Positions 37,211 through 47,011 of a DNA stretch of 64,000 bases are shown one piece after another (positions within the stretch are counted from its first letter, which is position 1; every line of letters starts with the position of its first letter). The notes beneath the pieces were generated by a model. It was given only the letters and a program-made list of their open reading frames with translations. It was not told where the DNA came from and did not search any database. This DNA is from an uncultured Mageeibacillus sp. (GTDB lineage: Bacteria > Bacillota > Clostridia > Saccharofermentanales > UBA5734): assembly GCA_964499985.1 (NCBI GenBank), contig CAZCMX010000001.1:10916-74915 (forward strand), given 5' to 3'. Made by a program: the position numbers and the translations under genes.

Positions 37211-37840
37211 ATGACAACCTATCCATTTACCCGTTCCAATGTCGATGACACGGTCAACCGGGTCTATGAATATATTGTCGACTATATCCGGGACAAGGGC
37301 TATCCGCCGGCTGTCCGCGATATTTGTGCCGGGGTCGGGATTCGCTCGACGTCAACCATCCACAGCCATTTGCAGCGCCTGCAGCAGCAAGGCAAGATCG
37401 TCTACTCCTCAGGCAAACGCCGGGCCATCACCATCCCGGAGCAGGAGGCCAACCGTGTGGTCTCACTGCCGCTGGTCGGTGAGGTCACCGCCGGCATGCC
37501 GATCTTCGCCCAGGAGAATATCGAGCGCTTCTTCCCTTTCCCTGCCGATTTCCTGCCGGATGACCGGGATATCTTTGTCCTCAAGGTCAAGGGCGACAGC
37601 ATGGTCGGTGCCGCCATCCTCGATGGTGACTATGTGATCGTCAGGAAACAATCCAATGCCCGGACCGGGGATATCATTGTCGCCCTCGTCGGCGATGAAG
37701 CGACAGTCAAGAAACTGGCCAATGTGGACGGCCAGATTGTCCTCCAGCCGCAAAACCCAGCCTATCCCCTGATTCCCTTTGACAAGCCTGACTGCCAGAT
37801 CCTGGGCAAGGTCTGCGGACTCTACCGGGCCCATGGCTGA
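37211..37840 (+). CDS. lexA: SOS repressor LexA
   Basis: N-terminal winged helix-turn-helix (GYPPAVRDICAGVGIRSTSTIHSHLQRLQQQG), cleavage-site context VGEVTAGMPI, and S24 peptidase Ser in KGDSMVGA and Lys in EATVKKL. The start was set to ATG 37211 behind TGGAGG. Confidence 0.95.
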   Translation: MTTYPFTRSNVDDTVNRVYEYIVDYIRDKGYPPAVRDICAGVGIRSTSTIHSHLQRLQQQGKIVYSSGKRRAITIPEQEANRVVSLPLVGEVTAGMPIFAQENIERFFPFPADFLPDDRDIFVLKVKGDSMVGAAILDGDYVIVRKQSNARTGDIIVALVGDEATVKKLANVDGQIVLQPQNPAYPLIPFDKPDCQILGKVCGLYRAHG

Positions 37841-37851
37841 CCGAGTGGCAG

Positions 37852-38169
37852 TCACTGCATGTGCAGGGCCTTCGTATCGGGTTCTTCTGTGCGGGGCGCA
37901 TCATTGAAGATATAGGAGAAATCCTCCTGGGGATCGATCAGGCAGATTGCCGTTTTGAAGGCCAGGCGCTGGCGGCCATTCGTCCGCAGGATGATGCTGT
38001 GCTGGTCAAATCCGATGATCTGGCCGTATTTGATGCTCTGATCGATGAAATGGACAGCCACGGGCACGCGTTCTCGGCGGCATTGATTGAGAAAAACATC
38101 CTGGAGCTTGAGATCATAGGACTGGCGTTCCGGATGGGAACGGGTCGATGTAGACGCATTGGAATTCAT
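37852..38169 (-). CDS. hfq: RNA chaperone Hfq (divergent, with an N-terminal extension of about 20 aa)
   Basis: LQDVFLNQCRRERVPVAVHFIDQSIKYGQIIGFDQHSIILRTNGRQRLAFKTAICLIDP aligns to the Sm1/Sm2 core of Hfq (canonical LQDPFLN..RKERVPV...G.I..FD...ILL......YKHAIS). miaA-hfq synteny supports the call. Confidence 0.85.
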   Translation of the reverse strand: MNSNASTSTRSHPERQSYDLKLQDVFLNQCRRERVPVAVHFIDQSIKYGQIIGFDQHSIILRTNGRQRLAFKTAICLIDPQEDFSYIFNDAPRTEEPDTKALHMQ

Positions 38170-38273
38170 GCTGCGCCCTCCTTTCTCTTTCAGGATGAGC
38201 GTACAATAAGACGGGACATTTGACCATTAACTCAATCAGAAACTTTTCGACAAAACCGGCCTGGGGCTGGTTT

Positions 38274-39239
38274 TTATATGCTGAAATTGCTCTGGACCCA
38301 TTCGACGATGGCCTGTGCGGCCTGTTCCGGGCTGAGGTTTTCCAGCCAATGCACCCCGGGCATGCGCCTGAACCAGGTGAGCTGCCGCTTGGCATAGCGC
38401 CGGGATGACTGGGCGATCAAGGCGATGGTGTCGATCAGGTCGAGCTTGCCCTGCAGGTGGTCGATGACTTCCTTATAGCCAATGGCCTGCCAAGCTGTGG
38501 CAGCCGGTCTTGTCCCTGGTTCTGGGTCATTCACACCCGTTTCTGCCAGAAGAGCGGCCACCTCTGCCACCAGGCCCTGCTCCATCATCCGCTCGACACG
38601 CTGATTGATTCTTTCGTAGAGAACTTCTCTCTGGTGGGTCAGGCAAAAGATGGCAAACTCAAAATCCGGCCCATGCCGCAAGGATGCTGCCATTTGTTGT
38701 GTTTTGGTGCGGCCAGTCTGCCTGTAGATTTCCAGGGCCCGGACAATCCGCTTCTGGTCCTGTGGCTTGATCGTCTGGGCTGCTTCGGGGTCCAGCTGCG
38801 CCAGCTCCTGATAAAGCATATCCAGCCCTTCTTCCCTGGCCCGGCGATTCAGCTCTTCTCTGAGGCAAGCATCTGCCGGCAGCTCGACATAGTCGATCCC
38901 CTGGACCATGGCGCTGATGTATTGGCCGGTGCCACCGCAGACAATGGCCAGTTTGCCTCGCGCCTGGATATCCCGGATGGCTGCGGTGGCCAATTGCTTG
39001 AAGCGCGCCACGCTGAAGGCTTCACCGGGTTCGCAACAATCGATCAGGTGATGGCGGACCAGAGCCTGCTCATCCGAGTTGACTTTGGCTGTGCCGATAT
39101 CCATCCCCCGATAGATTTGCATCGAGTCCGCCGAAACGATCTCGCCATTGAGTTGAAGCGCGACCTCGATGGCGGTGCTGGATTTTCCCGATGCCGTGGG
39201 GCCGCAGATCACCAGGACAGGGCTGCTGGTCTGTTTCAT
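38274..39239 (-). CDS. miaA: tRNA dimethylallyltransferase
   Basis: P-loop VICGPTASGKSSTAIEVA, SADSMQIYRGMDIGTAK and RRYAKRQLTWFRR motifs. The start was set to ATG 39239, directly after the mutL stop. Confidence 0.93.
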   Translation of the reverse strand: MKQTSSPVLVICGPTASGKSSTAIEVALQLNGEIVSADSMQIYRGMDIGTAKVNSDEQALVRHHLIDCCEPGEAFSVARFKQLATAAIRDIQARGKLAIVCGGTGQYISAMVQGIDYVELPADACLREELNRRAREEGLDMLYQELAQLDPEAAQTIKPQDQKRIVRALEIYRQTGRTKTQQMAASLRHGPDFEFAIFCLTHQREVLYERINQRVERMMEQGLVAEVAALLAETGVNDPEPGTRPAATAWQAIGYKEVIDHLQGKLDLIDTIALIAQSSRRYAKRQLTWFRRMPGVHWLENLSPEQAAQAIVEWVQSNFSI

Positions 39240-39240
39240 C

Positions 39241-41106
39241 CTAGACCACCCGCTTGAATTGCTTTTCCAGCTCATACTGGCTGATCCGGATGATCACCGG
39301 ACGTCCATGCGGGCAATGGTAGGGATCCTCCAGCTCACAAAGATCCTTGAGCAGCTGCACCATTTCCTGCGGATCGAGTTTGTCATGCGCTTTGATGGCG
39401 GCTTTGCAGGCCATGGTGTAAAACAATTCATCGATTTGCTCTTCGGAATGCAATTTGTCTGACAGCAAGGTATCGAGCACAACCCGGATGGCGGCCTGTG
39501 GTTTCAAGGCAAAACGGCCGCTGTCAGGCAAGCTGCGGAGTAAAATGGACTGGCTGCCAAAAGCCTCGTACTCAAAACCCAATTGGAGCAGCTTTTCCTG
39601 CTCGGCCAGAAGGACAGCCTGTTCCCGGGCGGACACTTCAACGGTCTGCGGAATCAGCAGGGGCTGGACCGCGGCCGGACCGCGGGCGCGGTGGCGGATC
39701 ACCAGCTGCTCAAACAGAATGCGTTCATGGGCCGCATGCTGGTCGACCAGCAGCAGATCCTGTTCATGCTCAAGCAGCAGGTAGGTTGCAAAAAGCTGGC
39801 CGATCAGCCGGGCCGAACTGAGGCTATGGATGGTTTTGGCAGTCTGGGCTGTTGTGGGATGAACCTGGGGGGTCTCGGCCGGGGGCAAATTGGGGAGCTG
39901 GTCCTGGTTTGCAGGCCGGTCCTGGCTTGCTGGCTGGTCCTGCGGCTCTGGCACAAGTTCGGCCGGGGGCTGTGCAGCACCAGCCGACAATGGCCGAGCC
40001 CAAACCGGATCGTCTGACCGCGCCGGCGCGTCCCGCAGGATCTGGCCAACCGTCATTTGCAGGGCTGGGCCTGCAGCAGTCTGGGGCAAGACCTGTGGCG
40101 AGCTCTCAACAATGCTGCCACTGGTCTGCAGCACATTCTGGATGGCATGGTAGACCGCCCGGAAAACAGCCTGCTCATCCCAGAAGCGGACCTCCATTTT
40201 CTGCGGATGGACATTCACATCCACCAGCGGTGAAGGCAGCTCAATTTTCAAAACCGCCAGGGGATGCTTTCGCTTCATCAAATGCGTGGCATAAGCCTCA
40301 TCGATCGCAGCACTGATGGCCCGGGATTTGACGAGACGGCCATTGACGAAAAAGCATTGCTGGTTGCGGCTATTGCGGGCGGCCTCTGGCATGCCGATAA
40401 AGCCGGTCACCCGGACAGGCGATAATTCATGCTCGAGCAGCTTGATTGTGCTGGCCGCCTCCTTGCCGAATACGGCAAAAATGGCACTGCGCAAGTCGTT
40501 ATTGCCAGGGGTATGCAGCAATTCATTGCCCTGGCTGACCAGTCGGAAGGAGACATCGGGCCGGGCCAGGCTCATCCGCTCCAGGACATCGGCGACTGCA
40601 GCCGCCTCAGAGCTGTCCTTTTTTAAGAATTTGAAGCGGGCCGGTGTATTGAAAAACAGGTTTTCGATCGTAATCGAGGTTCCTTCCGGACAGCCGGCGG
40701 GCCGGCAGGCCAAGAGCTCTCCGGCCGTGATTTCCACCGCAGTTCCCGTGGGCTGGCCGAGCAGGCGGGTTTCCAGCCTGACCTTGGCGACGGCAGCCAC
40801 ACTGGCCAGGGCCTCGCCACGGAAGCCCATGGTGGTCAATTGTTCGAGATCATCGATCGATTGGATCTTGCTGGTGGCATGGCGGCCAAAGGCCAGCTGG
40901 GCATCGACTTCATCCATGCCAGAGCCATTGTCGGTCACGCGGATCGAGCTGATGCCACCCTGGCGAATCTCGACATGAATCACCGATGCCCCGGCATCGA
41001 GGGCGTTTTCGACCAGCTCCTTGACGACGGAGGCGGGACGTTCGACAACTTCGCCCGCGGCGATGCTGTTAGCAGTCTGGGTATCCAGGACAGTGATGCG
41101 GCTCAT
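39241..41106 (-). CDS. mutL: DNA mismatch repair protein MutL (endonuclease-type)
   Basis: GHKL ATPase N-terminus ANSIAAGEVVERPASVVKELVENALDAG and DNGSGM. A Pro/Gln-rich linker follows. The C-terminal endonuclease motif is DQHAAHERILFE. Confidence 0.96.
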   Translation of the reverse strand: MSRITVLDTQTANSIAAGEVVERPASVVKELVENALDAGASVIHVEIRQGGISSIRVTDNGSGMDEVDAQLAFGRHATSKIQSIDDLEQLTTMGFRGEALASVAAVAKVRLETRLLGQPTGTAVEITAGELLACRPAGCPEGTSITIENLFFNTPARFKFLKKDSSEAAAVADVLERMSLARPDVSFRLVSQGNELLHTPGNNDLRSAIFAVFGKEAASTIKLLEHELSPVRVTGFIGMPEAARNSRNQQCFFVNGRLVKSRAISAAIDEAYATHLMKRKHPLAVLKIELPSPLVDVNVHPQKMEVRFWDEQAVFRAVYHAIQNVLQTSGSIVESSPQVLPQTAAGPALQMTVGQILRDAPARSDDPVWARPLSAGAAQPPAELVPEPQDQPASQDRPANQDQLPNLPPAETPQVHPTTAQTAKTIHSLSSARLIGQLFATYLLLEHEQDLLLVDQHAAHERILFEQLVIRHRARGPAAVQPLLIPQTVEVSAREQAVLLAEQEKLLQLGFEYEAFGSQSILLRSLPDSGRFALKPQAAIRVVLDTLLSDKLHSEEQIDELFYTMACKAAIKAHDKLDPQEMVQLLKDLCELEDPYHCPHGRPVIIRISQYELEKQFKRVV

Positions 41107-43757
41107 GCTAGCTTTCCTCCACCGCCCTTGGCTTTCTGCTGCAAATCGTACAGGGTGTTCAAGGCATCCAGTGGCGTCATCTGGCTGATCTCGAGCTGGC
41201 GCAGCTCTGACAGCAGGTCGCTGGCATTCTGGCCGGCCATGGCAGCGGCAAATAAGTCGAACTGCCCCTCCATTGGCTTGGCCAGGCGCCGGACCTTGCC
41301 CTTGGTCCTGGCATTATTGTCCGTCTCCAGCTGGAGCAGAAGCTCCGAAGCCCGCTTGACGACGGAATCGGGTACGCCTGCAATCCGGGCCACCTCGATG
41401 CCATAGCTGTCATCTGAACCGCCTTCGCGGATCTGGTGCAGGAATATGACCTCGCCCTGGGTATCGTCCACGGCCACATGGCAATTGAATACGCCCGGCA
41501 TCGACTCCGAAAGATCGGTCAGCTCATGGTAATGGGTGGCAAACAATGTCCGGCAGCCGAGGATGGCAGGGTCCGAAATATGTTCGATCACCGACCAGGC
41601 GATCGACAGGCCATCGTAGGTGCTGGTCCCACGGCCGATTTCATCGAGGATGAGCAGACTGCGGGCCGAAGCATGCTGCAAAATGGCCGCCACCTCACTC
41701 ATTTCAACCATGAAGGTCGACTGGCCACCGCCCAGATCATCAGAAGCACCGACGCGGGTGAATACGCGGTCAACCAGGCCAAGCCGGGCCGACTGGGCGG
41801 GCACAAAGCTGCCGATCTGGGCCAGAAGGACAATCTGGGCGACTTGGCGCATATAGGTCGATTTGCCGGCCATATTCGGTCCGGTCAGAATCATCAGGCG
41901 CCGGTCCGACAGATTCAGGATGGTATCATTGGGGACAAACAGGCTGTCCCCGAGCATCCTTTCAACCACTGGATGGCGGCCGCCACTGATCGTCAAGGCA
42001 TCGGAAAGATCGACCTCAGGCCGGCAATACTGCTGGCGGTCAGCCAGCTCGGCCAGGCCGGCCAGGCAGTCGATGGCGGCAATGGCCTGAGCCGTCTGCT
42101 GGAGACGGGGCAATTGAGCCAGGACCTGGTCACGGATTTCACAGAATAGTTCATACTCCAGCGCGATCGATTTTTGTTCCGCACCCAGGACCGTGTCTTC
42201 CATTTCCTTGAGTTCGCTGGTGATGTACCGTTCCCCATTGGCCAGGGTCTGCTTGCGGATATAGTCGTCAGGCACCTGGCTGAGATTCGACCGGGTGACA
42301 TCGAGATAAAAGCCAAAGACCTTGTTATAGCCGATCTTGAGGCTGCGGATTCCTGTCCGCTCCCGTTCACGGTTTTCCAGGTCGATGATCCATTGCTTGC
42401 CATCGCGGGCAGCTGCCCGCAGCTGGTCGACCTGGTCCTGGTAGCCATCCTTGATCAGCTGACCTTCCTTGAGACTGACCGGTGGCTCATCATGGATGGC
42501 GGCGGTCAACAGGGTTTCGAGGTCAGCCAGGGCATCCAGCTGGCGCGACCAGCCAGAAATGGCACTGCTGTCGATCTCGGCCAGACCGGCCATCAGGCCC
42601 GGCAGCTTGGCCAGAGACCGGCGCAGGGCGACCAAATCACGGGCATTGGCGGTCTTCAAGGCCAGTTTGCTGCATAAGCGCTCCAGGTCATGCAGTCCAT
42701 GCAGACGCTCGCGGATTTCCTGGCGGGCCAGGTAGGCTTGCTTGAAATCCGCCACAGCCTGCTGGCGGAACTGGATATCATGCAGACTCAGCAGGGGTTG
42801 CTCAAGCCAGCGGCGCAGCAGGCGGGATCCCATGCTGGTCATCGTCCGGTCGATGGCCCAGAGCAGGCTGCCCTTGCGTTGCTTGTCCCGGATCGTCTCA
42901 GTCAATTCCAGGTTGCGCCGGGCATTGGCATCCAGGGTCATGAAATCCGTGATCTGATAGGGCTCGATCCGGGCAATATGGTCCGGTGACTGGTGCTGGG
43001 TTTCCTTCAGATAATGGATCAGGACGGCGGATGCCCTGGCCCAGAGGGCATGGTCATCGGCCTGTGGCAGGATTTCCCGCATGAATTCAGGCAAGAATTC
43101 GTGATCCGGACGACAGGACAACGTGACATTGCTACGAATAACGGCCTGCAGAGTCTGGGCCGTTTCGCCGAAAATGCTGTTGTGGACAATCTCAGCCGGA
43201 TTGAACCGGGCCAGTTCATCCGACAGCTTGGCCAGGGTTTGGCCAACCACCAGCTGGGTCGTTTCAAACAGGCCTGTCGACAGGTCACAGGCGGCCAGGC
43301 CGAAATACTGGTTCAGCTGGTAGATGGCGACGATATAATTGTTCCGCTTTTCGTCCAGTGACGAGGGCTCCAGCACGGTCCCTGGCGTCACGACCCGGAT
43401 CACTTCGCGCCGGACGATGCCCTTGGCCAGGGCAGGATCTTCGACTTGCTCGCAGATTGCTACCTTATAACCCCGGTTGACCAGGCGATTGATGTAGTTT
43501 TCAGCCGCATGGTAAGGGACACCACACATCGGCGCCCGTTCCTTCTGGCCACAGTCTCTGCCGGTCAAGGCCAGCTCCAGCTCCCGGGCCGCAATCACCG
43601 CATCGTCGAAAAACAATTCGTAAAAATCACCAAGCCGGAAAAACAGCAGGCAGTCCGGCCAGGTTTTTTTCTGGTCGAGATATTGCTGCATCATCGGAGT
43701 GATGCGGGACAGATCAATATCTGCGTAAGTCAGCCCCATGGCAATAGACGCTCCCAT
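41103..43757 (-). CDS. mutS: DNA mismatch repair protein MutS
   Basis: ITPMMQQYL..., Walker A GPNMAGKSTYMRQ, and DEIGRGTSTYDG. An alternative start at ATG 43739 is possible. The gene overlaps mutL by 4 nt and the miaB 3' end. Confidence 0.95.
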   Translation of the reverse strand: MGASIAMGLTYADIDLSRITPMMQQYLDQKKTWPDCLLFFRLGDFYELFFDDAVIAARELELALTGRDCGQKERAPMCGVPYHAAENYINRLVNRGYKVAICEQVEDPALAKGIVRREVIRVVTPGTVLEPSSLDEKRNNYIVAIYQLNQYFGLAACDLSTGLFETTQLVVGQTLAKLSDELARFNPAEIVHNSIFGETAQTLQAVIRSNVTLSCRPDHEFLPEFMREILPQADDHALWARASAVLIHYLKETQHQSPDHIARIEPYQITDFMTLDANARRNLELTETIRDKQRKGSLLWAIDRTMTSMGSRLLRRWLEQPLLSLHDIQFRQQAVADFKQAYLARQEIRERLHGLHDLERLCSKLALKTANARDLVALRRSLAKLPGLMAGLAEIDSSAISGWSRQLDALADLETLLTAAIHDEPPVSLKEGQLIKDGYQDQVDQLRAAARDGKQWIIDLENRERERTGIRSLKIGYNKVFGFYLDVTRSNLSQVPDDYIRKQTLANGERYITSELKEMEDTVLGAEQKSIALEYELFCEIRDQVLAQLPRLQQTAQAIAAIDCLAGLAELADRQQYCRPEVDLSDALTISGGRHPVVERMLGDSLFVPNDTILNLSDRRLMILTGPNMAGKSTYMRQVAQIVLLAQIGSFVPAQSARLGLVDRVFTRVGASDDLGGGQSTFMVEMSEVAAILQHASARSLLILDEIGRGTSTYDGLSIAWSVIEHISDPAILGCRTLFATHYHELTDLSESMPGVFNCHVAVDDTQGEVIFLHQIREGGSDDSYGIEVARIAGVPDSVVKRASELLLQLETDNNARTKGKVRRLAKPMEGQFDLFAAAMAGQNASDLLSELRQLEISQMTPLDALNTLYDLQQKAKGGGGKLA

Positions 43758-45229
43758 TGCGCTTCCATGGAGAAGGTCTTGGCCCGCGTGATCCGCACCT
43801 CGGCGATCTGGCCTTCAAACCGGGCGGGGTCTAGTGAACCATCCGGCTGGCAAAGCTCTGCCGGATAGGGATAGTCAGAGGGCAGGCGGAAATTGACCAG
43901 CCGGTTATGCGCCGTCCGGCCACTCAGGACATGCGGGTCATTTTCACTGCGTCCTTCGATCAGGACTTCCTGGACGGTACCCAGTGTCGATTCATTGGAG
44001 GCCAGGCTATGTTCATTCTGCAATGCCAATAAGCGCGCAAACCGGTCCCGCATGGTCTGGTCGTCAATCTGGTCCGGATAGCTGGCGGCAGGGGTTCCGG
44101 TGCGGCGGCTATACTGGAAGGTGAAGGCCGCATCAAAGCGGATTTGCGCCATGGTATGCAGGGTTTGGCAAAAATCTGCTTCGGTTTCACCCGGGAAACC
44201 GACAATCAGATCGGTCGAGATCGTCAGGCCGGGCCGCAGGGCGCGGGCCTGGCGGGCGATTTCGATGAATTCAGCCTGGGTATAGTGCCGGTTCATCGCC
44301 CTGAGAATCCGGTCACTGCCAGATTGCAGCGGCAAGTGGATATGCGGTTCGATCGCCGGATAGGCGGCAATCGTAGCCAGCAGCCGGGGCGACAGGTCCT
44401 TGGGATGCGAGGTCATGAACCGGATCCGGTAGATGCCGGGAATCGATGCCACTGCAGCCAGCAGATCAGAAAAATCAGCCTGGCCGGGGTCTGATTTCTG
44501 CAAATCCAGGCCATAGGAATTGACGTTCTGGCCCAAAAGCATGATTTCCTTATAGCCATCAGAAACCAGCTGCCTGATTTCGGCCAAGATGTCCGCCTGG
44601 GTCCGGCTGCGCTCGCGGCCCCGGGTATAAGGCACGATGCAATAGGTGCAGAAATTGTTGCAGCCAAACATGATCGAAACGAGGGCCCGGTGCTTCCTGG
44701 CCCGGTGGATCGGCAGGCCTTCGACCAGTGTATCATCTTCACCCACGTCGTAAACACGCCGGGTATCTGTCAGGCGATGGAACAGCAGCTCTGGCAGCCG
44801 GTAGATATCCTGGGGTCCAAAAACCAGGTCGACAAAGGGATAGCTCTGACGGATCTTGGCCACGGCCTCGTCCTGGGTCATCAGGCAACCGGCTAGGCCA
44901 ATGATCAGGTCCGGCCGGTCGCGCCGGATATTCTTGACCATGCCGAGATGGCCGAAAAAGCGGTCATCGGCATTTTCCCGCACGCTGCAGGTGTTCAGAA
45001 GGATCAGGTCTGCTTCCCGCGGCGATTCGACAGCCTGGTAGCCCATCTCATCGAGCAGGCCCGCCATGCGTTCGCTGTCATTTTCATTCTGCTGGCAACC
45101 AAAAGTGATGATGTGGTAACCCAGAGTCCGGTTCAAAAACAGAGCCCGTTCCTGGTTGGCCTGGTTGACACGCTGGCTGTACTCAGCCTGTTGTTTCAGT
45201 TCTTGTTCAGTGACAGTTCGGATCGACAA
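43730..45229 (-). CDS. miaB: tRNA-i6A37 methylthiotransferase MiaB
   Basis: TFGCQQNENDSE..LNTCSVRE N-domain, radical-SAM GCNNFCTYCIVP, and a C-terminal TRAM domain. Confidence 0.92.
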   Translation of the reverse strand: MSIRTVTEQELKQQAEYSQRVNQANQERALFLNRTLGYHIITFGCQQNENDSERMAGLLDEMGYQAVESPREADLILLNTCSVRENADDRFFGHLGMVKNIRRDRPDLIIGLAGCLMTQDEAVAKIRQSYPFVDLVFGPQDIYRLPELLFHRLTDTRRVYDVGEDDTLVEGLPIHRARKHRALVSIMFGCNNFCTYCIVPYTRGRERSRTQADILAEIRQLVSDGYKEIMLLGQNVNSYGLDLQKSDPGQADFSDLLAAVASIPGIYRIRFMTSHPKDLSPRLLATIAAYPAIEPHIHLPLQSGSDRILRAMNRHYTQAEFIEIARQARALRPGLTISTDLIVGFPGETEADFCQTLHTMAQIRFDAAFTFQYSRRTGTPAASYPDQIDDQTMRDRFARLLALQNEHSLASNESTLGTVQEVLIEGRSENDPHVLSGRTAHNRLVNFRLPSDYPYPAELCQPDGSLDPARFEGQIAEVRITRAKTFSMEAQWERLLPWG

Positions 45230-45248
45230 AGTGAATTACCTCTTTTGT

Positions 45249-46277
45249 TCAAGCAAGATCAGCGATGGTCAGGACCAGTTGCCGGGAATCCTGCCAGCCC
45301 AGGCAGGGGTCCGTGATGGATTTGCCAAATATGCCGCCGCCAATGGTCTGGCTGCCCTCCTCCAGATAGCTTTCGATCATCAGTCCCTTGACCAGGCTGC
45401 GGATTTCAGGGGATAATCGCCTGCTGTGCAGGACTTCCTTGGCTATCCGGGGCTGCTCTTTGAAGCGTTTATTGGAATTGGCATGGTTGGTGTCAATCAG
45501 GCAGGCTGGATTGGCCAGTTCCCGCTGGCTGTACATTTTGGACAGCATCTGGAGATCCTCGTAATGGTAGTTGGGGATCGAGCGACCCGAATGGTCGACG
45601 GCACCGCGCAAAATGGCATGAGCATAGGGATTGCCACTGGTGCGGACCTGGTAGCCCTGGTAGGCAAAGACATGGCCATGCTGGGCGGCATAGATCCCGT
45701 TCAGCATGACGCTCAAGTCACCACTGGTCGGGTTTTTCATGCCGGCAGGCATATCGATGCCACTGACCGTCAGGCGATGCTGCTGGTTTTCGACCGAGCG
45801 GGCACCTATGGCTACATAAGACAACAGGTCAGCCAGGTAGGTATGGTTTTCCGGGTAGAGCATTTCATCTGCTGCCGACAGGCCCGTCTGTTCGATGGCG
45901 TGCAAATGCAGGCGGCGCAAAGCAATCAGGCCACCCACCATGTCGGGTTCGCGCTCCGGATCGGGCTGATGCGAAATGCCCTTGTACCCCTCCCCGGTGG
46001 TCCGCGGCTTATTGGTGTAGATCCGGGGCACAAGCACCAGACGGTCAGCGACCTCCGCCTGCAACAGGGAGAGCCGGTGGCAATACTCGAGCACTGGTTC
46101 TTCGGAATCGGCCGAACAGGGGCCGATAATCAGGAGGAATTTGTCTGATTTCCCGGTCAGGATATCCTGGATGGCCTGGTCCCGCCTCGCTTTGGCCGCC
46201 CGGACAGCTTCGGTAGCCGGGAATTGGCGGATGATCTCCTCAGAACTGGGGATACGCGTGATGTATTCAAAACCCAT
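45249..46277 (-). CDS. 3-deoxy-7-phosphoheptulonate (DAHP) synthase, class I (AroF/G/H-like)
   Basis: LLIIGPCSADSEEPVLEY, RIYTNKPRTTGEGYKGISHQPDP and IDTNHANS are the class I DAHP synthase blocks. Confidence 0.88.
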   Translation of the reverse strand: MGFEYITRIPSSEEIIRQFPATEAVRAAKARRDQAIQDILTGKSDKFLLIIGPCSADSEEPVLEYCHRLSLLQAEVADRLVLVPRIYTNKPRTTGEGYKGISHQPDPEREPDMVGGLIALRRLHLHAIEQTGLSAADEMLYPENHTYLADLLSYVAIGARSVENQQHRLTVSGIDMPAGMKNPTSGDLSVMLNGIYAAQHGHVFAYQGYQVRTSGNPYAHAILRGAVDHSGRSIPNYHYEDLQMLSKMYSQRELANPACLIDTNHANSNKRFKEQPRIAKEVLHSRRLSPEIRSLVKGLMIESYLEEGSQTIGGGIFGKSITDPCLGWQDSRQLVLTIADLA

Positions 46278-46298
46278 GTCAAGATTCTCCTCTTGGTT

Positions 46299-46928
46299 CT
46301 AGTTGGCTTTTGGTTCCATGGTTTCGGGAATGAAATCGATCACACGGTCAGAGAGCTGCTCCCGCTGGATCAATTTTTTCAGGTCTTTGGCATGGTTGGA
46401 GGACAGGATCAGGATATCGGCATCATGGTCGTCCTGGCCAGGGTTTTTGATTTTCAGAAAAACCAGGCGGGAACGGCGGACTGAAGCATATCCGAGGCGG
46501 ATCTTCTCCCGGACCAGGGACAGAAGTCTGGAATTGCCACCGGACAGGGCTTTGAGGATTTCCCGGTCCGGCAGGGAATGGATCTGGTCCGCAGTCATGA
46601 TCACGAGCTTGTCCAGCTGGCTGCGGGAACATTGCCACAGATCATGGTCCGATTCAAATCGGATGCAATCCGGTGTGATAAACCAGTTGACAGGGGTCGG
46701 GACCGGAAATGGCAAGCCGCCCAGATGGCGGACCTGGCTGGCACTGGTCGCACCCAACTCATGACTGCGCAGGACCATGCGATGGCGTTCGAGGTGCTGG
46801 CGAAAATTGATCGCAAACAAACCGATGCTGCTGCCGATGATAAAGGCAGCCGCAATGCCGGGTGACAGGGACCCTGTCATGGCCAATAACAGACTGCTGA
46901 TGATCAAAACCAGGATCAGGCCGGTCAA
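46299..46928 (-). CDS. Hypothetical membrane protein (two N-terminal TM helices plus a soluble domain of about 150 aa)
   Basis: 209 aa with TM segments GLILVLIISSLLLAM and GIAAAFIIGSSIGLFAI. I recognise no motif in the remainder. It ends 21 nt upstream of the DAHP synthase gene on the same strand. Confidence 0.55.
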   Translation of the reverse strand: MTGLILVLIISSLLLAMTGSLSPGIAAAFIIGSSIGLFAINFRQHLERHRMVLRSHELGATSASQVRHLGGLPFPVPTPVNWFITPDCIRFESDHDLWQCSRSQLDKLVIMTADQIHSLPDREILKALSGGNSRLLSLVREKIRLGYASVRRSRLVFLKIKNPGQDDHDADILILSSNHAKDLKKLIQREQLSDRVIDFIPETMEPKAN

Positions 46929-47011
46929 TTCCTTGCTCCTTCCAGCGGATTTGCCAAGACTTTAAGATTGTATCATAACCAGCGGATCGCTCCCAGAACC
47001 TGTGTGACTCT

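Noticed and set aside
38251-38276. A hairpin overlapping the miaA stop (AAAACCGGCC-TGG-GGCTGGTTTT) as a miaA-hfq terminator or attenuator.
   Set aside because: On the transcribed (minus) strand the stem has an A-C mismatch and the T-run is short. It may modulate read-through into hfq, but the evidence is too weak to annotate.
39898-39946. Short tandem-like repeats (GGTCCTGG units) inside mutL, encoding QDQPASQDRPANQDQ.
   Set aside because: This lies in the intrinsically disordered, length-variable linker between the MutL ATPase and endonuclease domains. Low-complexity repeats are normal there, and the reading frame is intact.
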